DNA from: an uncultured Anaerolineales bacterium
Lineage (GTDB): Bacteria > Chloroflexota > Anaerolineae > Epilineales > JAANWY01
Assembly (NCBI GenBank): GCA_964532665.1
Contig: CAZHMV010000002.1
Span: 84,679-148,678 of the forward strand
Length of the DNA stretch: 64,000 nt
Direction of reading: 5' to 3'
In this document: positions 55,793-62,956 of the stretch, one piece after another
How the letters are laid out: each line of letters starts with the position of its first letter
Position numbering within the stretch: position 1 is the stretch's first letter
Translations under genes and position numbers: made by a program
Notes under the pieces: generated by a model
Told to the model about the DNA's origin: nothing
The model's input: the letters and a program-made list of their open reading frames with translations, nothing else
Databases searched by the model: none

Positions 55793-56833
55793 CTACCTGT
55801 TTGCCTTCTCATCGCCGGCTGCCATGTACTCAGCCCGTTCGATGAAGTGGACGAGGCGGGCGCGCAGTTGAGCTGGATCGGCGGCCGGCCTGGTCAATCG
55901 CTCCCGGTCGGGGCCATGGTATTCGCTCCACAGCCAGCGCAGAATCAGGAAGGGCCAGCGTGTCGCCAGGAGCCGATCCCACACCGCGAGTCGCTCCTCG
56001 AAAGCGTCGTCGCCGGCTGGCCGGGGATACCCCTCCCGCAGCCAGATGTGCTGTTGTTCGCTCAGTCCGACCAGCGCCGCATGCCAGCGCAGCTCCGCCA
56101 GTTCCAGAGCGGGATCGCCCCACCCGCTGTACTCCCAGTCTACCCAGCGCAGCCGGCCATCCCCGCCCCACACCGTGTTTGCCAGGTTCGGGTCCACGCG
56201 ACACAAGCGCAACGACACACTCTCGCGGCCTGGATTCACCTCTGAGGTCAGGATGGCATTGGTGCAGCTATCAACCAACTGGGCCAACCGACCATACAAT
56301 CCTCGCCCGTCCGAATCAGTACCTGCCAGCCACGGTCCGTACTCGTCGAAGAAGTCGCGCAGTTCAGCCAGGTACGGCACGAAGTCAAACCAGTGAAAAA
56401 CCGCATCAGGGATGTCGGAGCTCTCAAAGTCGCCCGGCTGAACGGTGTGCAAACGTTGCAGACTGTCGAGCAATGCTGCCAATTGCGGTGCCGAGAGCGA
56501 TGAGCCGAGCGGCTCACCGGCCAGCCAGCGGTAGGCGACGGCCGGGTAAGGAGCGATGGTGCAGCTTTCATCCAACCAGAGCGGCTGCGGAGCGATCTCC
56601 AGCCCTGCTGCGTGGAGCAAGCTGAGCGCTCCGAACTCGCGTGTCGCGCGTCGGCGCTCATCAACGACACACAGCTTGCAGGCGTATTGGTGCCCGTCAG
56701 TCTCTACCCGGTACAGCGCGTTGTTGAATCCGCCGGCCACCCGCCGCACCGTCACACTATCTTCCGTCCAGGTATCGGACCCAGCGGCGTAGGCGGCAGC
56801 GATTGCGGACAACCAGCCGCGTCTCTCGCTCAC
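55793..56833 (-). CDS. APH/choline-kinase-like phosphotransferase
   Basis: AGGFNNALYRV, YACKL, RVDPNLAN (the usual HxD is changed to RVD), VDWEYSGWGDPALELA. Confidence 0.8.
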   Translation of the reverse strand: MSERRGWLSAIAAAYAAGSDTWTEDSVTVRRVAGGFNNALYRVETDGHQYACKLCVVDERRRATREFGALSLLHAAGLEIAPQPLWLDESCTIAPYPAVAYRWLAGEPLGSSLSAPQLAALLDSLQRLHTVQPGDFESSDIPDAVFHWFDFVPYLAELRDFFDEYGPWLAGTDSDGRGLYGRLAQLVDSCTNAILTSEVNPGRESVSLRLCRVDPNLANTVWGGDGRLRWVDWEYSGWGDPALELAELRWHAALVGLSEQQHIWLREGYPRPAGDDAFEERLAVWDRLLATRWPFLILRWLWSEYHGPDRERLTRPAADPAQLRARLVHFIERAEYMAAGDEKANR

Positions 56834-56836
56834 GCG

Positions 56837-57283
56837 TTACGCTTCTGATTCTGCGCTACCGCATTTCTCGGCGACAACGTCCGCGCACGTTCTGGCGCAG
56901 GCCCGGATTGTCTTGCTAATCCAGAAGACGGCCCACGCCCCCATGGCAATGCCGGCGAGAGCAATACGCGTCTCGTCGTTGATCGGGTGAAACGTAAGGC
57001 TGTCGGGGGCGATGCGGATGTAGCCAACGGGTCTTGCGCGACCGCCGGCCCCGCCGCCCCCACCGCCGCCTTCGCTAGTGCCGGCAGCTTCCTCGCCCGT
57101 TTCAGCGGTCTCACCGGGGCCCTGACCCCAACCGAATCCGTATCCGAAGCCGATGCCGACTTCTGCGACGGGAATGATGGTGACGTCGCCCTCCGTGGTG
57201 GGTTCTCCAAACACCGTATCTACACTCAGGCGCTCCAACATCTGTTCGATGGGTTGCGTTACCTGCATCACTTTCTCACTCAT
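56837..57283 (-). CDS. YtfJ/GerW-like protein
   Basis: VDTVFGEP...TIIPVAEVGIGFGYGFG...GGGGGAGGRARPVGYI. Confidence 0.8.
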   Translation of the reverse strand: MSEKVMQVTQPIEQMLERLSVDTVFGEPTTEGDVTIIPVAEVGIGFGYGFGWGQGPGETAETGEEAAGTSEGGGGGGGAGGRARPVGYIRIAPDSLTFHPINDETRIALAGIAMGAWAVFWISKTIRACARTCADVVAEKCGSAESEA

Positions 57284-57365
57284 GAGTGTGCCTCCTTGCC
57301 GCGCTCGATGGTCGGCGGACCGTCTGCCCTTCATGCTGACCGCTGAGGTTGAGGGTCAGAGTTCA

Positions 57366-57680
57366 TCACGCCCGCTTTCGGCGGAGCATAAACATGAACA
57401 ACCAGCACACACTGGCGACGAGAAGCGCAGAAAAAATGATCCCTCGCATGGATTCACGCGTAGGATCGGTCATGCCGACCCGGTATTCGGGTCCGTCCTC
57501 TTCGCGCACTACGACTTCGATGGGCGTGACACGTAGCCACGCGCCAGCGGTGTCGCTGCCACCGGAACCGAACCAGCCGGCCACCTGCGCGACAGGTTGA
57601 ATCGTTCGCTCCCCGACCGTGATCCGTTGGCCGACGACGCGCTTTTGTATTTGCGTGGGGCTTTGACCCCGATCCCGCAT
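57366..57680 (-). CDS. Small YtfJ-like protein with C-terminal TM helix
   Basis: GQRITVGERTIQPVA...GAWLRVTPIEVVV resembles the YtfJ core. Confidence 0.55.
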   Translation of the reverse strand: MRDRGQSPTQIQKRVVGQRITVGERTIQPVAQVAGWFGSGGSDTAGAWLRVTPIEVVVREEDGPEYRVGMTDPTRESMRGIIFSALLVASVCWLFMFMLRRKRA

Positions 57681-57683
57681 TTG

Positions 57684-58226
57684 TTACTCCCCTGTCCCTT
57701 CGCCCCGTGCTGGCTCGGTGGCCGGCCCGCTCTCGCGCCAGATGGTGAAGATAATCCATGCGCCGATGATAATCAGAATGGCCGGCCACCAGTTTCCGAC
57801 GAACTGAAGGATGTCTAGGGCAACACCGCCGATGCCCACTGCCAGTCCGATCAGCACCATGATTCCGCCTGGGATCAGAGGCCACCAGTTGCTGACCCTC
57901 ATGAACAGTACATCCAGCACCCAGATCAGGATGAAACCGAGTCCGAGCGGCACCAGGAACAGGGCAGCTTCGAAGTCCTCCGGCACATTCTGCACCGCAG
58001 TCACCATGATGATCCCCGTCCCCAGTCCGGTCAGGATGCCGCCCGGCACAAGCCATCCATAGTGACGGCTCCAGAAGAACATCGCCAGGAATCCGAGGCC
58101 CAGGAATAGCAGAGCCCACGACCCCAGGTCTGTCAATTGGGCAATCAGGAGCACGAGACCGATAACAATGAAAGCCACGGCCATTGTCATTCGCTCGCGC
58201 TGCTGCTCGGACCTTTGTGCACTCAC
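57684..58226 (-). CDS. Membrane protein (LiaF/DUF5668-like TM repeats)
   Basis: Repeated W.L(V/I)PGGI and WWP..LI.IG motifs across five to six TM helices. Confidence 0.6.
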   Translation of the reverse strand: MSAQRSEQQRERMTMAVAFIVIGLVLLIAQLTDLGSWALLFLGLGFLAMFFWSRHYGWLVPGGILTGLGTGIIMVTAVQNVPEDFEAALFLVPLGLGFILIWVLDVLFMRVSNWWPLIPGGIMVLIGLAVGIGGVALDILQFVGNWWPAILIIIGAWIIFTIWRESGPATEPARGEGTGE

Positions 58227-58376
58227 TGTGTTTCACCTCCCACCATCTCTCTACGCACGAATTCGGCTCTGGTTGCCCAGACCGCCGGCAGATCGGTCTC
58301 GGTAGATCGAGATCTGAGGAGTCAGCACCCCCAGAGCCTGTCCTGAGGCCTGGGCCGGCCCAGGGCCGGCCCCAAG

Positions 58377-58402
58377 AGCCTGCCCTGAGCCCGCCGAAGG
58401 GC
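58377..58402. repeat. CTTCGACAGGCTCAGG-family repeat (reverse orientation)
   Basis: agcctgccctgagcccgccgaaggg; a truncated sister copy lies at 58333-58347. Confidence 0.6.
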
Positions 58403-58431
58403 TGCGGCTCCGTCCGGCACGTAGGCGTGCC

Positions 58432-58929
58432 TCACTCCTCGAAAATTGAATCTGCCGAGTCTGGCATCTCGCGCTGGAGCCGCAGCCGCAGGCGGTTCAC
58501 CAGAGCTGCGACTTCAGCCTGATCTCCTCGGGGAGCATCGGGCCACTCGTCTACGCGCACGCCCCGGTACTCCTGTGGAGCACCAGGATGACGTGGGATG
58601 AGATGGATGTGCAGGTGGGGTACACGATCCCCAACAACGAAAGCGTACACGTTCTCGGCGTGGAGTTCCGCTTTGAGGGCGCGGCTGAGGCGGGCAACCA
58701 ACCGGCCTATGGCCTGGGCTTCCGCGTCCGTCAGGTCGGCTAGGCCAGGGGCGTGGCGACGAAGATCGACGAAGCAATAGCCCAGGTATGTGCGGCCCCC
58801 TGCCGGCACTGCCTGATGGCTGGCGTAGACCAAATCGTCCTCGTAGATTGGGCCACCCGGCACCGGCTCCTCGCCACGGTGCTTTCGGCAGACGAAGCAA
58901 AGGGCACGGTCCGTCACAGTCACCTCCAA
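58432..58929 (-). CDS. HIT-family protein
   Basis: CFVC, RVPHLHIHLIPR histidine triad. Confidence 0.88.
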   Translation of the reverse strand: MEVTVTDRALCFVCRKHRGEEPVPGGPIYEDDLVYASHQAVPAGGRTYLGYCFVDLRRHAPGLADLTDAEAQAIGRLVARLSRALKAELHAENVYAFVVGDRVPHLHIHLIPRHPGAPQEYRGVRVDEWPDAPRGDQAEVAALVNRLRLRLQREMPDSADSIFEE

Positions 58930-58946
58930 TACCTGGTTGACCCCGC

Positions 58947-59327
58947 CTACCTGAGGGCCAGGTTGTACTTGAGTGCCTCATCCACTTCGGTCATTCGCTC
59001 TGGGCTCAGCCGCCCAATACAGGAGACTTCCGACTCTCCGCGTGGCGGTCGCAGCCGCGAACCGGGATCGGTCTGCTGGATGGTGGCTATCTGAGCACAA
59101 TTGACTGCGCTACGGGTTGGCAGACCACTCTCTTCGGGCTCAATGATCACAACGAAGGGGTAGGGTCGGGGAGGCAAAGTCGTCGTGATGGCTACGACCA
59201 CAGTCGTGGGGCTGTAGCGATTGCCAACGTCGTTCTGGACGACGAGAGCCGGGCGCAGCCCACCTTGCTCACTGCCCTTGACGGGATCAAACTCAACCCA
59301 GTAGATTTCACCCCGCTCAACGGGCAT
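58947..59327 (-). CDS. mazF: MazF/PemK endoribonuclease toxin
   Basis: RGEIYWVEFDPVKGSEQGGLRPALVVQND.GN.YSPT.VVVAIT. Confidence 0.93.
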   Translation of the reverse strand: MPVERGEIYWVEFDPVKGSEQGGLRPALVVQNDVGNRYSPTTVVVAITTTLPPRPYPFVVIIEPEESGLPTRSAVNCAQIATIQQTDPGSRLRPPRGESEVSCIGRLSPERMTEVDEALKYNLALR

Positions 59328-59571
59328 TTTCGAATGCCTCCGCTACCGCACCCGCGCTGGCAGCCGCGAAGTCGGCCGCTTCCTGAGCATAGAAGCGATA
59401 GCCCTCGACTGCCAGGCTTTCTTCCTCCATGGCCTGGACCTGGGACAATGTGCGTGCGATGAACCGGCTGCGACTGATGTTCAGTTGAGCAGCCTGACGA
59501 TCAGCGAACTCAACCAGATTCACCGGGAGCGAAATGGTGATCTTGCGGATTGATGCGATCTCAGTGGACAT
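59317..59571 (-). CDS. Ribbon-helix-helix antitoxin
   Basis: RKITISLPVNLVEFADRQA...SRSRFI; overlaps the toxin start. Confidence 0.85.
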   Translation of the reverse strand: MSTEIASIRKITISLPVNLVEFADRQAAQLNISRSRFIARTLSQVQAMEEESLAVEGYRFYAQEAADFAAASAGAVAEAFENAR

Positions 59572-59603
59572 GATTCACCTCCAAACTTCAAGAATACAAT
59601 AAC

Positions 59604-59633
59604 ATCTTACCACACATCTGGACGTCTGTCCAG
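59604..59633 (-). promoter_or_regulatory. TA promoter (TGGACA-17-TAAGAT) with CTGGAC-N4-GTCCAG palindrome over the -35
   Basis: Perfect 6-bp-arm palindrome at 59618-59633. Confidence 0.5.
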
Positions 59634-59677
59634 TCATACCTCTCAGGAGGAACACACTTACCTGCTCTGCACAGGGT

Positions 59678-59829
59678 CGTGGACTTCCGGCACGCTATCC
59701 AGGTCCACCACGCTCTCCGTCGAAGTCGAAGCGGCCGAAGTGAGAGCAATAGAACTCCGTCTCACTCAGGGTGACGGGCTCCACAGTGTAACCGGTGAAC
59801 AGCTCCTGGAAGTGACTGGAATGGATCAT
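59678..59829 (-). pseudogene. Degenerate, internally deleted duplicate of the nucleotidyltransferase segment of the adjacent gene
   Basis: 59720-59812 is about 90% identical to 60138-60231; homology resumes after a deletion (gagagcgtggtg..ctgga...cgtgccgg). Confidence 0.75.
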
Positions 59830-59887
59830 AGGCCACCTCTGTCTCGCGCTCAACTCACCTCACGGGTATGTTTCCCGCAAGTCGCCC

Positions 59888-61210
59888 TCACAGGACACTC
59901 GTTGTCCGATCTCCGCGCAGCAGCGCCATCAGCCGGCCATGATCGCAGTGGGACAGGCACAGAGCCGCGCGGTCCAGCCGGCCACGCCGGATGTAGGCCA
60001 GCACCTCCTCCTCCAACCACGAAACGCGTACCGGCACGCCGTCCAGATACACCACGCTCTCTGTCGCGGTTGCCGTCGGCACCCAATCGCCGGCTTCGCG
60101 CCGATGCAGATCGCCCATGACCTCCACCGTCACGCCATCGAAGTCGAAGCGGCCAAAGTGAGAGCGATAGGACTCCGTCTCACTCAGGGTGACGGGCTCC
60201 ACGGCGTAGCTGGTGAACAGATCCTGGAAGCGGCAGGCACCATCGGCATCTGTCTCCAGGTCCAGATCCTTCACCGGCACCGGGACGCCGTGCAGTGCAG
60301 CCGATGTCCCACCGACGACCTTGTAGGGCACGCCGGCCTCCTCCAACTGCCGGGCGATCTGGCACAGCACCGCTCGCCAGCGAGGCTTGTGGGCGACGAC
60401 CAACAGGTGCTCGACACACCCATGGATCGAGGAGTCTGCCGCCACGCGATAGTTGAGGTTCACCCAGGTATCCCAGGCTTCGCCGGAGAGGGCGTTCACC
60501 TCATCCTCGATCATGCTCACCAGGCCTTCAACGCCCAGGACGACCTGGACCTCGAAGCCCGCTTGCCGGCAGAGGGGACCGACCTCGTTGGGGTGAGCGA
60601 AGTGGGCGACGAAGACCCGACCGTCTTCTTCCCGAGGAGGCAGCACACCTGTGTCCAGAATCGACTCTAACAGCGCCGGCTGCTCCAGGGGCCAGGTTGG
60701 CTCGTGGGCAGCCGCGTAGCGCAGGCCGGCGTAGCGGGCGATGAAGGCCGCAAATAGAAGACCGCCGGGCTTCAGCACGCGGTAGGCTTCGGCCAGGGCC
60801 TGCCGGCGATCACCTTCCTCCAACAGGTGATAGAGCGGTCCCATCAGGAGAACGGCATCGAAGCTTGCATCGGGGAAGCGAGAGAGGTCGGTGGCTGTGC
60901 CCTGCTCGTGGCCGGCCAGAGTCACGCCGGCCTCGGCCGCCTTCATCTCGGCCAGTTGCAGATTCTCAGACGACAGGTCAAAGAGCGTGACGGTGTAGCC
61001 GGCACGGGCCAGCTCAATGGCGTAGCGACCGGGACCGCCGCCGCAGTCCAGCAGATGGGCCGGCGGCAGGGGCAGATGTTCGCGCAGCGCCCGCATGGTC
61101 ACTGCGAACTCAGTGCGGTGGCGATCCAGCCGTTCCCATTCCCGCTCAGCCTGCCGGTCGTAGTAGAGCTCGACTGACTTGCGTGCCAGGTCTTGATGCT
61201 CTGTCGCCAA
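59888..61210 (-). CDS. Class I SAM methyltransferase fused to a nucleotidyltransferase-like domain
   Basis: LLDCGGGPGRY, DAVLLMGPLYHL; C-terminal YKVVGGTSAALHG..VPVKDLDL (GG...DxD). Confidence 0.8.
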   Translation of the reverse strand: MATEHQDLARKSVELYYDRQAEREWERLDRHRTEFAVTMRALREHLPLPPAHLLDCGGGPGRYAIELARAGYTVTLFDLSSENLQLAEMKAAEAGVTLAGHEQGTATDLSRFPDASFDAVLLMGPLYHLLEEGDRRQALAEAYRVLKPGGLLFAAFIARYAGLRYAAAHEPTWPLEQPALLESILDTGVLPPREEDGRVFVAHFAHPNEVGPLCRQAGFEVQVVLGVEGLVSMIEDEVNALSGEAWDTWVNLNYRVAADSSIHGCVEHLLVVAHKPRWRAVLCQIARQLEEAGVPYKVVGGTSAALHGVPVPVKDLDLETDADGACRFQDLFTSYAVEPVTLSETESYRSHFGRFDFDGVTVEVMGDLHRREAGDWVPTATATESVVYLDGVPVRVSWLEEEVLAYIRRGRLDRAALCLSHCDHGRLMALLRGDRTTSVL

Positions 61211-61230
61211 TCCAGGGTTTCTCCCGGAGA

Positions 61231-61310
61231 TAGATGGCTACTTGGCTAGATGGCTAGTTGGCTGAGTGATTAGTGCTAGCCATCCAGCCATCCAGCCACC
61301 TAGCCATCCA
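61231..61310. repeat. Tandem 8-mer inverted hairpin (TAG(A/T)TGGC / GCCATCCA)
   Basis: Same family as 16801-16853. Confidence 0.75.
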
Positions 61311-61327
61311 TAATGGTGTGCCGCCGC

Positions 61328-61480
61328 TCACGTTGACTCCCCTCCACACCTGGAAAGGGACGTCTCGTTCAGAACCCGCGCCAACAGGGCCACGTCATCA
61401 GCGATGATGCCGTCCACACCCATGCGTGCCAGCCGTCGAATCTCGGCCGGGTTGGCCGCCGGCTCTCGCTCCAGGCTGGT
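61328..61480 (-). pseudogene. C-terminal remnant of a glycerophosphodiester phosphodiesterase
   Basis: ANPAEIRRLARMGVDGIIADDVALLARVL matches the GDPD C-terminal motif; the rest of the enzyme is absent. Confidence 0.6.
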
Positions 61481-61597
61481 GACAATACCCAGGCCGCTGC
61501 TGATCTTCATCAGGAAAAACAAAGCCCGGCCTGCAATAGCCGGGCTCATGTCAATTCGGAATTCGCCGCTCCTGACCACGTGTGGTGCTATAGCTAG

Positions 61598-61672
61598 TGC
61601 CCCCAAGGGGATTCGAACCCCTGTCTCCACCTTGAAAGGGTGATGTCCTGGGCCAGGCTAGACGATGGGGGC
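61598..61672 (-). tRNA. trnE: tRNA-Glu(UUC), CCA not encoded
   Basis: GCCCCCA/TGGGGGC acceptor stem, TCACC-CTTTCAA-GGTGG anticodon arm, GGTTCGAATCC T-arm. Confidence 0.95.
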
Positions 61673-61691
61673 CAACTGACCAGCAAAACCA

Positions 61692-61720
61692 ATTGTAGCA
61701 TCGATCCCTTCTATGGTCAA
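61692..61720 (-). promoter_or_regulatory. tRNA promoter (TTGACC-17-TACAAT)
   Basis: Near-consensus hexamers with 17-nt spacing. Confidence 0.65.
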
Positions 61721-61851
61721 ATCCCAACCGTAAAACTTGATATAAACTCTTGACTTCTGACCTTCACTTCAGTATAATCACGCCAGGTGAGCATGGGAGA
61801 GATGTCTGGCCAGCAGCCACGCGTCAGACTACTGTGCGAGAGAAAGGGTAC

Positions 61852-62172
61852 ATGACCGCCGAAATCTATGCTGCAAACGATGACTGGGTCGAAGTTGCCT
61901 CCTGGCGAGGTGACGGTAACAAGAAGACGGAGTCCTTCCCCATCTCCAGCCAGGAGTGGCGCATCCGCTGGATGAAACATTCCACCAGCCACCGCCCGGG
62001 GTATATCACCGTCTTCGTACATCACTCGGATGACCGCCTGGTGGGCCTCGCCGTGAATGAACGCGTCATGGAGAGCGGAGAATCCTATCTGGACGAGCAA
62101 GGGGAATTCTATCTGGACATCGTTTCTCGCCGTTGCGAGTGGGAAATCATTGTGGAGGAGAAACGGTCCTGA
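61852..62172 (+). CDS. Hypothetical beta-sandwich protein
   Basis: 106-aa ORF behind TTGACT-17-TATAAT; W.GDG.K.TESF.I...EWRI.W pattern. Confidence 0.6.
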   Translation: MTAEIYAANDDWVEVASWRGDGNKKTESFPISSQEWRIRWMKHSTSHRPGYITVFVHHSDDRLVGLAVNERVMESGESYLDEQGEFYLDIVSRRCEWEIIVEEKRS

Positions 62173-62365
62173 TCCGGTTATCGGGCTGATCTCAACATGC
62201 AAAAGGGCAGCATCGGGCCGACGCTGCCCTTTTGCATGTTTCCGCCCCAAATACTTATGTTAAGTATCCCAGCATTGGTGTTTCTCGGCGACTCAGGCAT
62301 AAGCAGGTTCGGGCCTCGACTGCTGCTGTGCGACAAGCGTGCCGTTGGCCATGGCGGTGAACCCT

Positions 62366-62656
62366 CTACCGAGAGGACCGCCGGATCAACGGCATGTAGT
62401 TGCGGTGGCCGGGGGTTGGTGTCGTAGTCAGATTGGCCGGCGGTGTTAGTGTCAGTGTGGCTGTGGTCGTGGCAACACTCGTCGCGGTACTCGTTGGCAT
62501 CAGGGTGGCTGTGCTGGTGGGGGTCTGCGTCAGCTCGTAGGGCTGCGAGTACGCTGTCCAGTCAAGCGCGTCGTAGGGCAGGGGAATGAAAGGAAGCGCC
62601 AGCAACAACCCCAGGAGCAGGCCGGCCATCACAATGGATCCACGTCGGTAGCTCAT
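62366..62656 (-). CDS. Small exported T-rich protein ending in the YMPLIRR motif
   Basis: Hydrophobic N-terminus, Thr-rich linker, NYMPLIRRSSR. SD aggagg-like before ATG 62656. Confidence 0.6.
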   Translation of the reverse strand: MSYRRGSIVMAGLLLGLLLALPFIPLPYDALDWTAYSQPYELTQTPTSTATLMPTSTATSVATTTATLTLTPPANLTTTPTPGHRNYMPLIRRSSR

Positions 62657-62956
62657 CGAAACCCTCCTTACACTGATATTCTCACTCCTCGATTGCCCGT
62701 CGCCGCCATCGCTCCGTCTGGGAGGCAAACTCGACCACGGCCTTTGGCCCGTCGCGTTCCAACCCCCGCCTAAACGCTTGCGGATCGTTGGGCCTTTACT
62801 CCAGCCGATGGACGACGAAGGGTGAAACGACCTGCCGGAGGGTGGCTGCGTAGCAACGATCCGCACATCATTATACCTGGCAGGTTCCGGTATGCAAGTG
62901 TGGGATATCACATTAGCCCGAAATCACCCAGCATGCAGATACGCAGTGCGCCACGT

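Larger units (their letters stand above)
54450..58334. mobile_element. 3.9-kb segment bounded by a 33-bp inverted repeat pair (candidate non-autonomous cassette)
   Basis: 54450-54482 ctgggggtgctgactcctcaaatttggatctac is the reverse complement of 58302-58334 gtagatcgagatctgaggagtcagcacccccag at 30/33 positions, with the outer 19 bp perfect. No transposase inside and no TSD seen. Confidence 0.5.

Noticed and set aside
59678-60240. Diversity-generating retroelement TR/VR pair
   Set aside because: The mismatches are mixed transitions and one transversion, not confined to adenines on either strand. The copy has an internal deletion, and no reverse transcriptase is in the window.
44500-61672. Integrase-type genomic island anchored at the tRNA-Glu 3' end
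   Set aside because: I found no duplicate of the tRNA 3' end (att site) and no integrase. Only the accessory character of the region supports it.
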